In this document: one piece after another, positions 29,314 through 38,251 of the stretch
Numbering within the stretch: position 1 is the stretch's first letter
How the letters are laid out: every line of letters begins with the position of its first letter
From: a virus
Taxonomy: Duplodnaviria; Caudoviricetes
Virus record (IMG/VR): IMGVR_UViG_3300051212_000930
Coordinates: 1-60,933 of that record
Reading direction: 5' to 3' (one strand)
DNA length: 60,933 nucleotides
Notes under the pieces: model-generated
The model's database searches: none
What the model was told of the DNA's origin: nothing
The model's input: the letters and a program-made list of their open reading frames with translations, nothing else
Position numbers and translations under genes: made by a program

Positions 29314-29781
29314 ATGTCAAACTCAAAATTAATCGGTAAAATATTTCCAGTACCTGAGAAGGTATTGAAAGAGCTTGGAAAAAACTTAAAAAAATTCTCA
29401 GATAAAAGAGAATCTAAAGGTTTTAATCGAGCTATTTTTATTCTTGAAAGAAAGGCTTGCACATATGAGCAACTTAAAAGAATAAAAAATTACTTTGATT
29501 ATGTAACTGACGAAAATTATGATGAGATTGAATATTTATTAAATGGTGGGGATGTTATGAAGGATTGGGTTAATTATACTTTGGATCAGGCGAGAAAAAG
29601 TGTTTATGGTACAAAATCAGCTAGAAAAAATGCTGGAATGGAAAACCAATTTAGATCTGACGCTGAAGACAACATGAATCCAGTTACACCAACATTAAAA
29701 TCAACACCAGAATTTATGTCAACATCAGAGTTGATGGAAGAAGTAAATAAAATAAAAAAAATATACAAAAATTTAAATTAA
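29314..29781 (+). CDS. Hypothetical late protein
   Basis: 155 aa, abuts upstream gene; ends LMEEVNKIKKIYKNL. Confidence 0.7.
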   Translation: MSNSKLIGKIFPVPEKVLKELGKNLKKFSDKRESKGFNRAIFILERKACTYEQLKRIKNYFDYVTDENYDEIEYLLNGGDVMKDWVNYTLDQARKSVYGTKSARKNAGMENQFRSDAEDNMNPVTPTLKSTPEFMSTSELMEEVNKIKKIYKNLN

Positions 29782-29782
29782 A

Positions 29783-30049
29783 ATGGCAGACACCGTTAGA
29801 ATTCCAGCCTCAGAACAGCTTAGAAAAGTTGCTGTTGATGAAAGAGAGGGTAAATTATTCCCTATCAATGAATATAAACCAACTTCATCGGAGTATGGCG
29901 CAGGTCACCCAAATGCGTTATCAGATGGTGACGAAAAAGGAAAAGGTGAAACACAGACAATTGGTGGTAAAACAGATATTTTAACCAGAAGTGCGTTAAA
30001 AGCTGTGAATCAATATAGCGACTCAGCACCATATACTTCACCAGAATAA
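29783..30049 (+). CDS. Hypothetical protein
   Basis: 88-aa ORF tightly packed in the operon (HPNALSDGDEKGKG). Confidence 0.65.
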   Translation: MADTVRIPASEQLRKVAVDEREGKLFPINEYKPTSSEYGAGHPNALSDGDEKGKGETQTIGGKTDILTRSALKAVNQYSDSAPYTSPE

Positions 30050-30067
30050 CTTTACATTTCGAAATCT

Positions 30068-30595
30068 ATGCTTATACTTGAACAATCGGAAAGTGATAAA
30101 TTAACCTTATTGAAAAAAGCAATTGAAGATAAGGTTGAGATTTCTTTTTGGTATAAAGGTGTAAAATTTAGAGACCCGAAAGAAAAAAGATATACGAGAC
30201 AAAATTGGAGGTTTGCACAACCAACGGATTTAGGTAAAAGTAAAGCGACCGACAAATGGATGCTTAGGGCTTATCAAATTGCTGGCACAACAAATACAAA
30301 CCAAAGGTCTTGGAAAACATTTTTGGTTGATGAAATGAGTAGTATAAGATTAATGAATGGTGATAATAGTGCATATAAACCTTTTGAAACGCCGACTGGA
30401 TCTGGATTCAGTACAACTGGTGATAAAAAAATGAAGAACGATAGACCTGAATTAAAATTAGACTTAACTAAAAAACCAATAGATAATCAAAATAAGATAG
30501 AACAACCACCAGTTGAAAATCCAGAAAAAGAACAATTAACTGAAAGCAAAGGATTTTTAAACTGGATTTTAAATTTTAATTATGAATCAGAATGA
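30068..30595 (+). CDS. Stand-alone WYL-domain protein
   Basis: LKKAIEDKVEISFWYKG...R...P..LG......WMLRAY......WKTFLVDEM matches the WYL fold; no HTH. Confidence 0.75.
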   Translation: MLILEQSESDKLTLLKKAIEDKVEISFWYKGVKFRDPKEKRYTRQNWRFAQPTDLGKSKATDKWMLRAYQIAGTTNTNQRSWKTFLVDEMSSIRLMNGDNSAYKPFETPTGSGFSTTGDKKMKNDRPELKLDLTKKPIDNQNKIEQPPVENPEKEQLTESKGFLNWILNFNYESE

Positions 30596-31139
30596 TAAAA
30601 TGAACTTTTTAGCACAATCTATACAAAGTGCCAGAAAAGTTATGGAAAAAGTAGAGGGTGGGGCTATAACAGCAAAAAACGAATATAGTAAAAGACCTAT
30701 GACCGAAGATGATATTGATAGAATGTTAGACTCTGACGGGAATGATTTGATATCGGAGGCTCAAATGCGAACAAAGTCTAATTCTATGAGAAATCTGTCT
30801 ACATCAAAAATGCCAGCGGCGATTTTAAAATCTTTCCAAGAAAATCCTATCATTGATCCAACAGCTCCTGTTGGTATGGAATCAATGATGCAAGAAATAA
30901 CAAAAAAAGTAGCCCCAGTCAAAACAGAGCAAATTACTGAACGTGTTAATCTAACACAACCACAATCATCTGCTCCAGTTATGGATACTAAACTAATTGA
31001 ATACATCATCAAAAAAACTGTAGAAGAAACATTAGAACAGGTTAGTAAAAAAACAGCTATTGATGAAAATTTTCAAATTAAAATTGGTGACAAAACTTTT
31101 GGTGGTAAATTAACAGCCCTAAAAGAAACTAAAAAATAA
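30582..31139 (+). CDS. Hypothetical protein
   Basis: 185 aa, overlaps the WYL stop; ISE/ITE motifs. Confidence 0.7.
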   Translation: MNQNDKMNFLAQSIQSARKVMEKVEGGAITAKNEYSKRPMTEDDIDRMLDSDGNDLISEAQMRTKSNSMRNLSTSKMPAAILKSFQENPIIDPTAPVGMESMMQEITKKVAPVKTEQITERVNLTQPQSSAPVMDTKLIEYIIKKTVEETLEQVSKKTAIDENFQIKIGDKTFGGKLTALKETKK

Positions 31140-31166
31140 AATAAACATACTAAAAAAAAAGAAAAC

Positions 31167-31328
31167 ATGAACAAAGAACAAGTATTAGGTTTGGTTCGCC
31201 ACATTTTAACGTTTGTTGGTGGTATTTTAGTTGCGAAAGGTATCGCAACTGAAGCACAATCGGTTGAATTAGTTGGTGCCGTAATAACCGCAATTGGTGG
31301 CATTTGGTCGATTTTGTCAAAGAAATAA
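31167..31328 (+). CDS. Putative small holin (two TM helices, Pam3-gp28-like)
   Basis: 53 aa, below the ORF-track cutoff: MNKEQVLGLVRHILTFVGGILVAKG...ELVGAVITAIGGIWSILSKK. Confidence 0.65.
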   Translation: MNKEQVLGLVRHILTFVGGILVAKGIATEAQSVELVGAVITAIGGIWSILSKK

Positions 31329-31352
31329 TAAACTTAAAACAAAATTAATAGC

Positions 31353-31541
31353 ATGAGTAAAACAATTAAATTCTGCAAAAACAAATGCTGCCCAGTTGTT
31401 GAAATACAAGAGAATTCCATTGTATTAGGTGATAAAAATGGCCCAGAAGGTATTACAACATGGACAAAAAATCAATTCAAAGATTTTGTTGAGGCGGCAA
31501 AAAAAGGTAAATTCGATAAGGTTATCGAAGTAACCGAGTAA
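31353..31541 (+). CDS. DUF397-like small protein
   Basis: C..VE......LGDK.GP.G...W...F..FV.AAK.G.F resembles the DUF397 pattern (CVEV...RDSK.P.G...W..F...K.G.F). Confidence 0.55.
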   Translation: MSKTIKFCKNKCCPVVEIQENSIVLGDKNGPEGITTWTKNQFKDFVEAAKKGKFDKVIEVTE

Positions 31542-31566
31542 ATTATTAGATAATAATTAATTAAAT

Positions 31567-31595
31567 GGGGTTAAGCAATTAACCCCTTTTTTTTT
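31567..31595 (+). terminator. Rho-independent terminator
   Basis: GGGGTTAA-GCAA-TTAACCCC followed by T9. Confidence 0.9.
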
Positions 31596-31620
31596 GCGTA
31601 ATATTTCTTAATATTGTAAT

Positions 31621-32016
31621 ATGGATGAAAAAGTTTGGGTAAATGGTACATTTGACGTTTTACATAATGGACATTTCAGATTAATTAATTATGCGTCATC
31701 ATTAGGCAAGTTAATAATCGCCATTGATAGCGATGAGCGAGTTAAAAAACTAAAAGGTGGTAACAGACCATACCATAATCAGTTTGAAAGACAGTATAAT
31801 TTACAATCAATAAAAGGTGTATACAATGTACTAGTTTTTGATAGTGATGAGGAATTAAAAGAATTAATTAAATTTAACTCACCAGAGTATTTTGTTATAG
31901 GGTCTGATTATAAAAATAAAGAAATAATTGGATCCCAATACGCCAAGGAAATAATCTACTTTAATAGAATAAACTTTTCAACAACAGAAATCTTAAAACA
32001 ATGGGACATAAAATAA
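31621..32016 (+). CDS. Cytidylyl/adenylyltransferase (HldE C-terminal / TagD-like)
   Basis: NGTFDVLHNGH (HxGH), DSDERVKKLKG..RP, GSDY, STT. Confidence 0.85.
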   Translation: MDEKVWVNGTFDVLHNGHFRLINYASSLGKLIIAIDSDERVKKLKGGNRPYHNQFERQYNLQSIKGVYNVLVFDSDEELKELIKFNSPEYFVIGSDYKNKEIIGSQYAKEIIYFNRINFSTTEILKQWDIK

Positions 32017-32402
32017 AACCAAAAGTCATCAATGCAAAAGAATGCGAAAGTTGTAATATACCAAAAGGTTGGGGACACGAAATTATTTTTGAAAATAATG
32101 AACTATATTGTGGTAAATTACTTTGTTTTAAAGCTGGGGCTAAGTTTTCTATGCATTACCACATGATAAAAGATGAAGCGTGGTATGTTAAAGAAGGTAA
32201 ATTCATTTACAGGTGGATTGACACGGATAACGCCGATATTCATGAAATTGAATTACGAGAGGGTGACAGTGTTAGACAATTACCAGGTCAACCACACCAA
32301 TTAGAAGCGGTTACCGATGGTATCGTTTTTGAGGTTTCAACACAACATTTTGATTATGATTCCTATCGCGTATTAAAAGGTGATTCAAATAAACCCCAAT
32401 AA
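32001..32402 (+). CDS. Cupin sugar isomerase-like protein
   Basis: KGWGHE, SMHYH..KDE.W, PGQPHQL, EVST. Confidence 0.8.
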   Translation: MGHKIKPKVINAKECESCNIPKGWGHEIIFENNELYCGKLLCFKAGAKFSMHYHMIKDEAWYVKEGKFIYRWIDTDNADIHEIELREGDSVRQLPGQPHQLEAVTDGIVFEVSTQHFDYDSYRVLKGDSNKPQ

Positions 32403-32416
32403 AATTAATAAAATAC

Positions 32417-32447
32417 TTGTTTTTTAGCGTATTTTTTTTTATTATTG
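32417..32447 (+). promoter_or_regulatory. Host-type promoter TTG-N20-TATTATTG
   Basis: Exact 20-nt spacer; upstream of the glycosyltransferase/dUTPase operon. Confidence 0.55.
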
Positions 32448-32469
32448 GGTAAAACCCAGTTATAAATAT

Positions 32470-33696
32470 ATGGCAAAAATTAAAATTTTAGTAGCCCCAG
32501 GTGATAAAGCGGGTTCTGGTAAATTTAGATGTGTTGATCCGCATGTAAACCTACAAAATAACTTTTCTGACGAATTTTTTATCGATATTGATTATGCGAT
32601 AGATTTTAATAATGTAGAGTATTTAAAAAAGTATGATGTTATTTTTATACACAGAATACCGCAGCATAAACACAAAGAAGCTGTAAACATAATTAAAAAT
32701 TTAAAGAAAATTGGATTAAAGGTAATCATTGATACAGATGACCACTGGAATTTAGATCCATCGCATGGTTTATATCATTCAGCTAAAAGGGAAAATATCT
32801 CAGGTATTTTAGTTGAGTGTATTAAAATGGCTGACATGGTTACAGTACCAACTACAATTTTAGCTGATGAAGTTAAAAAATACAATAAAAATGTTTTTGT
32901 TTTACCAAACGCAATTGACCCAAATGAAGAACAATTTAAACCTAAAAAAACAGAATCTAATTTAATTAGATTTGGTTGGTTAGGTGGTTCTTCCCACATA
33001 AAAGATATTGAGTTATTAAAAGGTTTAGGTAATACGCAAAAATCTTTTGATAAAAAAACACAATTTGTTTTATGTGGGTTTGATACCCGAGGTACCGTTC
33101 AAATGTTGGATCCAAACACAGGTGAGATAAAACAAAGACCAATGCAACCACAAGAAACAACCTGGTTTATGTATGAGTTGTTTTTAACCGACAGTTATAA
33201 AAACTTAGAGGGTGATGCGGATTATTTAAAATACTTAGTTTCGTTTGAAGATGATCCAAATTACAGTGTGTTAAATAAACCTTATCGTAGAATTTGGACA
33301 AAACCCATTAGTCAATATGCGACTGGGTATAATCATTTTGACATTGCGTTGGCCCCACTTAACGACTCTCAATTTAATAAGTATAAATCTCAACTTAAAG
33401 TGATTGAAGCTGGATTTCATAAAAAAGCTTTGATTGCTCAAAACTACGGGCCATATACGATTGATTTGATTGGCGCTATTGATAAAGGTGGCGCCTGGAA
33501 CCCAAAAGGTAATTGCTTACTTGTTGAAACTTCTAAAAACCATAAACAATGGACTAAAAATGCTAAAAAATTAATTGACAATCCAGATTTAATCACCGAA
33601 CTTGGTGAAAAATTATATGAAACGGTTAAAGATAAATACAATTTAAATAACGTTACAAAATTAAGATCAGAACTATACAAAAATTTAATAAAATGA
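32470..33696 (+). CDS. Glycosyltransferase (GT-B, GT4-like)
   Basis: DTDDHW, VLPNAID, GWLGGSSH..D, DIALAPL....FN..KSQLKVIEAG. Confidence 0.8.
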   Translation: MAKIKILVAPGDKAGSGKFRCVDPHVNLQNNFSDEFFIDIDYAIDFNNVEYLKKYDVIFIHRIPQHKHKEAVNIIKNLKKIGLKVIIDTDDHWNLDPSHGLYHSAKRENISGILVECIKMADMVTVPTTILADEVKKYNKNVFVLPNAIDPNEEQFKPKKTESNLIRFGWLGGSSHIKDIELLKGLGNTQKSFDKKTQFVLCGFDTRGTVQMLDPNTGEIKQRPMQPQETTWFMYELFLTDSYKNLEGDADYLKYLVSFEDDPNYSVLNKPYRRIWTKPISQYATGYNHFDIALAPLNDSQFNKYKSQLKVIEAGFHKKALIAQNYGPYTIDLIGAIDKGGAWNPKGNCLLVETSKNHKQWTKNAKKLIDNPDLITELGEKLYETVKDKYNLNNVTKLRSELYKNLIK

Positions 33697-34265
33697 TACC
33701 AGCAGAAACAATTGAAAAAAACAAAAAAAGTTATTATAGCGCAGCTAAAGGCTATAAAGTTTGTGAATTAGAATTAGTTGACAAATTAGCTGATATGGGT
33801 TTATTCGAAACACCCGCATCGACCATGTTAAGCCTACACAACGCATTTCCAGGTGGTTTAGTTGATCACTTGTTAAGAGTTACATCATATGCTGTTAAAC
33901 TAAACGATATGTTACCAGAATCACTTAAACAACCTAAGGAAAGTGTTGTTAGAGTGAGCCTATTACACTCCATTGGTAAAATTGGGTTATATTCATTATG
34001 TAAAAGTGAATGGCATATTAAAAACCAAGGTAAAATGTATGAATTTAACGAAGATCTAACATCAATGACAATTGGTGAAAGAAGCATTTATTACATTATG
34101 TCCAATGGATTTGGTAGTATTTTAAGTGATATCGAATACCAAGCGATATTAAATCACGATAAGGGGTCATCGGATAAAATGTCTGAATGGCACACATCAT
34201 CTTTAGGTGAAACTTTAAAGATGGCGATAAAATTAGCTATAATGGAAGAAAAGACGAAGAAATAA
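33693..34265 (+). CDS. HD-superfamily protein (HD dyad altered to HS)
   Basis: PAS....HNAFPGGLVDH.L.V...LLHSIGK...AILNHD. Confidence 0.7.
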   Translation: MIPAETIEKNKKSYYSAAKGYKVCELELVDKLADMGLFETPASTMLSLHNAFPGGLVDHLLRVTSYAVKLNDMLPESLKQPKESVVRVSLLHSIGKIGLYSLCKSEWHIKNQGKMYEFNEDLTSMTIGERSIYYIMSNGFGSILSDIEYQAILNHDKGSSDKMSEWHTSSLGETLKMAIKLAIMEEKTKK

Positions 34266-34266
34266 T

Positions 34267-34872
34267 ATGAGCGGAAATAATAAAGAAAAGACCGAATTAG
34301 AAAGATTGATGAATTTAAACGTAAATGATTTTCTAACCGATGATGAAAAAAGTCAAATGAGCGACATTTTCAATCAAGTTGGTATGGAAGATTGGATTTA
34401 CGAGCCTGGTGATAGTTCGATGAAGTTAAAGATTAAAATCATTAACAATTCAACAAATCCAGATCCAACTTATCAAAAAATTGGCGATAGTGGGTTTGAT
34501 TTTATGGCTAATTTACCTGAAGGTGAAATGATAGTAGTGGGGCCACTTAAACGAGCCCTTATACCAACTGGGTTACACTTTCAAATACCTATTGGATTTG
34601 AATTACAAGTTAGACCAAGAAGCGGTTTGGCACTTAAAAATGGGATTACTGTTTTAAACACACCTGGAACTGTTGATTCTGGCTATAGGGGTGAAATAAA
34701 AATTATTTTATATAACACCGATGAAGCCCCATTTGTGGTTAGAAATGGTGACAGAATTGCACAAGGTGTTATCGCGCCAGTTCAGTTTACAAAAACAACC
34801 AAATTTATAAGAGTAAATAATTTAGATGAATCTGACAGGGGAACTGGGGGATTCGGTTCAACTGGAGTTTAA
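34267..34872 (+). CDS. dut: dUTP pyrophosphatase
   Basis: SGFD, RPRSGLA, GTVDSGYRGE, GDRIAQ, RGTGGFGSTG: all five trimeric dUTPase motifs. Confidence 0.97.
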   Translation: MSGNNKEKTELERLMNLNVNDFLTDDEKSQMSDIFNQVGMEDWIYEPGDSSMKLKIKIINNSTNPDPTYQKIGDSGFDFMANLPEGEMIVVGPLKRALIPTGLHFQIPIGFELQVRPRSGLALKNGITVLNTPGTVDSGYRGEIKIILYNTDEAPFVVRNGDRIAQGVIAPVQFTKTTKFIRVNNLDESDRGTGGFGSTGV

Positions 34873-35154
34873 ATGAGAGAATATTTCAAAGCGCAATTAG
34901 CTTATTACCCACAAATAACAGAAGAAATTTTAGATAAAGTTGAATTTAAAACTGTTTGGTCGGGAAAAAGAATACAGCCAGGCGATAAGGTTGTATATGC
35001 CTACGTTTATTTATTAAACACCGATGATCTTAAAGCTATTTCGTTTTTGGAAAGGGAGTTGGATGAAATTAATACTAAATTTAAATTTATAAAATTAGAA
35101 GACGATATCATGCCAATTTTAGCATTTAAAGAAGACACAAAAAAAAGAGATTGA
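34873..35154 (+). CDS. Hypothetical protein
   Basis: 93-aa ORF abutting both neighbours. Confidence 0.6.
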   Translation: MREYFKAQLAYYPQITEEILDKVEFKTVWSGKRIQPGDKVVYAYVYLLNTDDLKAISFLERELDEINTKFKFIKLEDDIMPILAFKEDTKKRD

Positions 35155-35155
35155 T

Positions 35156-35827
35156 ATGGAAAACTTTTCAATGACAATAGCTTTCTCAACAAGAAAAATA
35201 AATCAAGAGTATGTTGAACACGTTAAAAAATCATGTGCATGCCCAGATTTAGAGTTGTTGGTTTATGAAAACAATGGTGATAAAAGTTTAACTGAAGTTT
35301 ATAACGAAGTTTTAAAAACCGCAAAAAATGATGTTGTTGTTTTTTGTCACGATGATTTAATTTTTGACACACCTTATTGGGGTAGAAAATTAATTAAACA
35401 TTTTAAAAGAAACCCAGATTATGGCATAATCGGAATTGCTGGCACCAACAATCTAATAAACGGTAGGTGGTGGTCGTTAAGGGAATCAATGCATGGTATT
35501 GTCAATCATACGGATGGTAATAGAAAATGGACAAGTATGTTTTCTCAACCACAAGGTAATAAAATAAAACAAATGGTTATACTTGATGGTTTGTTTTTTG
35601 CCGTTGATAAGACAAAAATTAAACATGGCTTTGATGAGGATTTTAATGGGTTTCATTTTTATGACTTATCATTTTGTATACCAAATCATTTAGATGGTGT
35701 TAAAATTGGTGTTATAACAGATATAATGGTCACACACCTATCTGTTGGTATGACCAATCAGAAATGGGAAGACAATAAAACGTTACTTGAAAAAAAATAT
35801 GCGGACAAATTCCCAATTAAAATATGA
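35156..35827 (+). CDS. Glycosyltransferase (GT-A-like)
   Basis: YN......DVVVFCHDD, GIIGIAG, LDGLF, FDE.F.GFHFYD. Confidence 0.8.
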   Translation: MENFSMTIAFSTRKINQEYVEHVKKSCACPDLELLVYENNGDKSLTEVYNEVLKTAKNDVVVFCHDDLIFDTPYWGRKLIKHFKRNPDYGIIGIAGTNNLINGRWWSLRESMHGIVNHTDGNRKWTSMFSQPQGNKIKQMVILDGLFFAVDKTKIKHGFDEDFNGFHFYDLSFCIPNHLDGVKIGVITDIMVTHLSVGMTNQKWEDNKTLLEKKYADKFPIKI

Positions 35828-36486
35828 AAAACATTACTAGTTTAAAAAATACCCATTCTGGGGAGGACATTTATATTTTAGCATCGGGTAAATCAGTTGA
35901 TTTTTTTGATGAAAGTTTTTTTGATGGTAAAATTGTCATAGGCGTTAATCAGGCGTACAAATTTACTTGGTGTGATTATCTTGTCAGGAAAGAGGTTAAA
36001 TTTATTAAACAAAGTTTAGAGACGGAATCTGTTGTTATTGTTTCCGAATATGATAGTGGTAATTTAAATTCAGGTGAACAAAAATTAAATACAAATAAAA
36101 TCGATCACCCAAATTTATATTATTTTGAACATTTGGATAATCAACACGCAAGATTAGATACATCTGTTTTTGGTACCGATAAAATTGTTGTTAGTTTTTC
36201 GACTATCACATCAGCCATACACATCGCAGCTTACATGGGTGCTAAAAATATCATTTTAATTGGCCACGATTGTGGTACGATTGATGGTGAAATGACGTTT
36301 AAGGGGTATTATGATTCTATTAAAGACACACCATGGATAAGCTGGGATCAATATAAGAGTTGGTTAAAAATAATAGAAAGTCAAACGATAGAGGTTAAAA
36401 AACAAGTAAAAAAACACTATGGTGCTAATGTTGTATCAATCCTACCATTTGTTTCATTAAACTTAGAAAATCATTTATATTTGTGA
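35824..36486 (+). CDS. Maf/DUF115 (MptE-like) family protein, putative nonulosonate transferase
   Basis: LKNTHSGEDIYILASGKS, IGVNQ, A.HIAAYMGAKNIILIGHD pattern. Confidence 0.65.
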   Translation: MKNITSLKNTHSGEDIYILASGKSVDFFDESFFDGKIVIGVNQAYKFTWCDYLVRKEVKFIKQSLETESVVIVSEYDSGNLNSGEQKLNTNKIDHPNLYYFEHLDNQHARLDTSVFGTDKIVVSFSTITSAIHIAAYMGAKNIILIGHDCGTIDGEMTFKGYYDSIKDTPWISWDQYKSWLKIIESQTIEVKKQVKKHYGANVVSILPFVSLNLENHLYL

Positions 36487-37115
36487 TAAAATATATTATA
36501 CCAGCGAGACGAAACTCAAAAGGGTTTCCATTTAAAAATAGAAAATTAATAAATTATACGTTAGATAATCTACCAAAAAACGTATATGACGATGTTATTT
36601 TAACTACCGATGATGAAAAGTTATTGGAAATTGGTTTAAAATATGGTATAAAATGTATTAATAGAAACGCAAGCTTAGCTTTAGATGAAACCTCAACCAA
36701 GGAAGTGATGGACGATCTAAAGTTTCAAGGTATTATTAATGACACAGACATTGTTGTTATGTTATATTTGACATATCCGCAAAGAAACTGGTTAGATATA
36801 ATTAACGCTTTGCGGTTTTTTGATAATAAAAATGCAAAAAGCCTTTTGTGTAAAAAAGAAATAACAACAACCCACCCATATTTATATTTACTTGAAGTTG
36901 GTGATTTTAAGGGTAAACAATTAACCCCCCATAATCTATACAGAAGGCAAGATTATCCAAAAGTTTTTGAAGTATCACACTTTATATCTATTTTTAAAGT
37001 CAGTGAACTCGAAAATTTAAATAATAATCTTTATAATAACGACACCGTTTTTTATCCAATTGATGATATAATTGATGTTGACACTAATAAAGATTTAGAA
37101 AGGTTTTTAGAATAA
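36483..37115 (+). CDS. neuA: CMP-nonulosonic acid synthetase (acylneuraminate cytidylyltransferase)
   Basis: IIPARRNSKGFPFKN, TTDD, R...LA.D, LTYPQR, RRQDYP, IDVDT..D. Confidence 0.85.
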   Translation: MIKYIIPARRNSKGFPFKNRKLINYTLDNLPKNVYDDVILTTDDEKLLEIGLKYGIKCINRNASLALDETSTKEVMDDLKFQGIINDTDIVVMLYLTYPQRNWLDIINALRFFDNKNAKSLLCKKEITTTHPYLYLLEVGDFKGKQLTPHNLYRRQDYPKVFEVSHFISIFKVSELENLNNNLYNNDTVFYPIDDIIDVDTNKDLERFLE

Positions 37116-38251
37116 TGGGCATTTTTATAAAAAATAAAACAAAAAGGGTACAAAAAGATGACACAAAACAACCAGTGTTAACTAATACAGCGACTAATAA
37201 ATCTTTAATAGGTGAAGAGGTTGTTGTTGCTGAAAAAAAAGCAATTAAAAAAGGATTTGCTGATAAAAAAATTGTAAACAAAGAACCAGTAAAGACTACA
37301 ATTAATTCTTTGTCGGTTAATAAAGAGGAAAAAAAATCTGTGTTGTTATTTGAAAATAACACAAAAAATGAACCGACCACAAATTTATTAATTAATAAAA
37401 TTAATAATTCTTCAGGTAGAAACTCAATTTTTGACAAAGTTGTTGCCCCAGAAATTAAAAATTCAAATGACAAAGTTGTTAACGACATTTATGATAAAGC
37501 TAGGAAAAATATTAGTTTTATAAAAAATAAAAATAATAAGTATTATGATTTTGTTTTCACTAAAGGGTACATAAATGAAAAAGATATTAAACATGTTAAC
37601 ACTGAACTAGATAAACAATTAAATAATTTAAAAATAAATCCGTCAACAATGGATTTATACTTTTTTAAATCGTTTATAAAAGATAAAACAATTGCTCTCA
37701 TTGCCAACTCTTCTGATTTATTAAATAAAAAACTTGGCGGGGAAATCGATTCTCACGATATTGTAATTAGATTTAATTCGTATAAAATATTAAAAGAGGA
37801 CACTGGTGAAAAATTAACTATGCATGTTAGCATTTATTTACAAAATGAAAATTTAAATAATTTTGCGCCCATTAGATTTATCCTTTCAGGTATTAAAACA
37901 AACTGGGCTAAAAAAATATTAACATTAAATAAGTTCAATCAATCCACAATATTAAAGTATAATCATCACTCAATATTACCAGGTAATTTCAAAGATGATT
38001 CGCCAACCACAACAGGTTTTGCTACTTTAATTTTACTACTTAAAATTGGTGGTTTTAAAAAAATCAATATGTTTGGTTTTGATTTTTATCAAAAAGGTAA
38101 TGATAGTTTATTTAGAACGGACATTGGTATGGAATCACAAATATCCACCGTCCATGATTATTTCTTTGAAAAAGAATTTATAATGGAATATTCGTATGAA
38201 TATAACGATAAAAAAAATATAATTACTTTTTATGATTATAGCACATTTTAA
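37115..38251 (+). CDS. GT29-type sialyltransferase with Lys-rich N-terminal extension
   Basis: Sialylmotif L-like IALIANS..LL....G.EIDSHDIVIRFN, S-like PTTG...FGFDFY, VS-like HDYFFE. Confidence 0.75.
   Translation: MGIFIKNKTKRVQKDDTKQPVLTNTATNKSLIGEEVVVAEKKAIKKGFADKKIVNKEPVKTTINSLSVNKEEKKSVLLFENNTKNEPTTNLLINKINNSSGRNSIFDKVVAPEIKNSNDKVVNDIYDKARKNISFIKNKNNKYYDFVFTKGYINEKDIKHVNTELDKQLNNLKINPSTMDLYFFKSFIKDKTIALIANSSDLLNKKLGGEIDSHDIVIRFNSYKILKEDTGEKLTMHVSIYLQNENLNNFAPIRFILSGIKTNWAKKILTLNKFNQSTILKYNHHSILPGNFKDDSPTTTGFATLILLLKIGGFKKINMFGFDFYQKGNDSLFRTDIGMESQISTVHDYFFEKEFIMEYSYEYNDKKNIITFYDYSTF

Noticed and set aside
33693-34872. HD protein plus dUTPase as a Z-genome (DatZ/PurZ) module
   Set aside because: No PurZ in the window, the HD dyad is degenerate, and the dUTPase is canonical.
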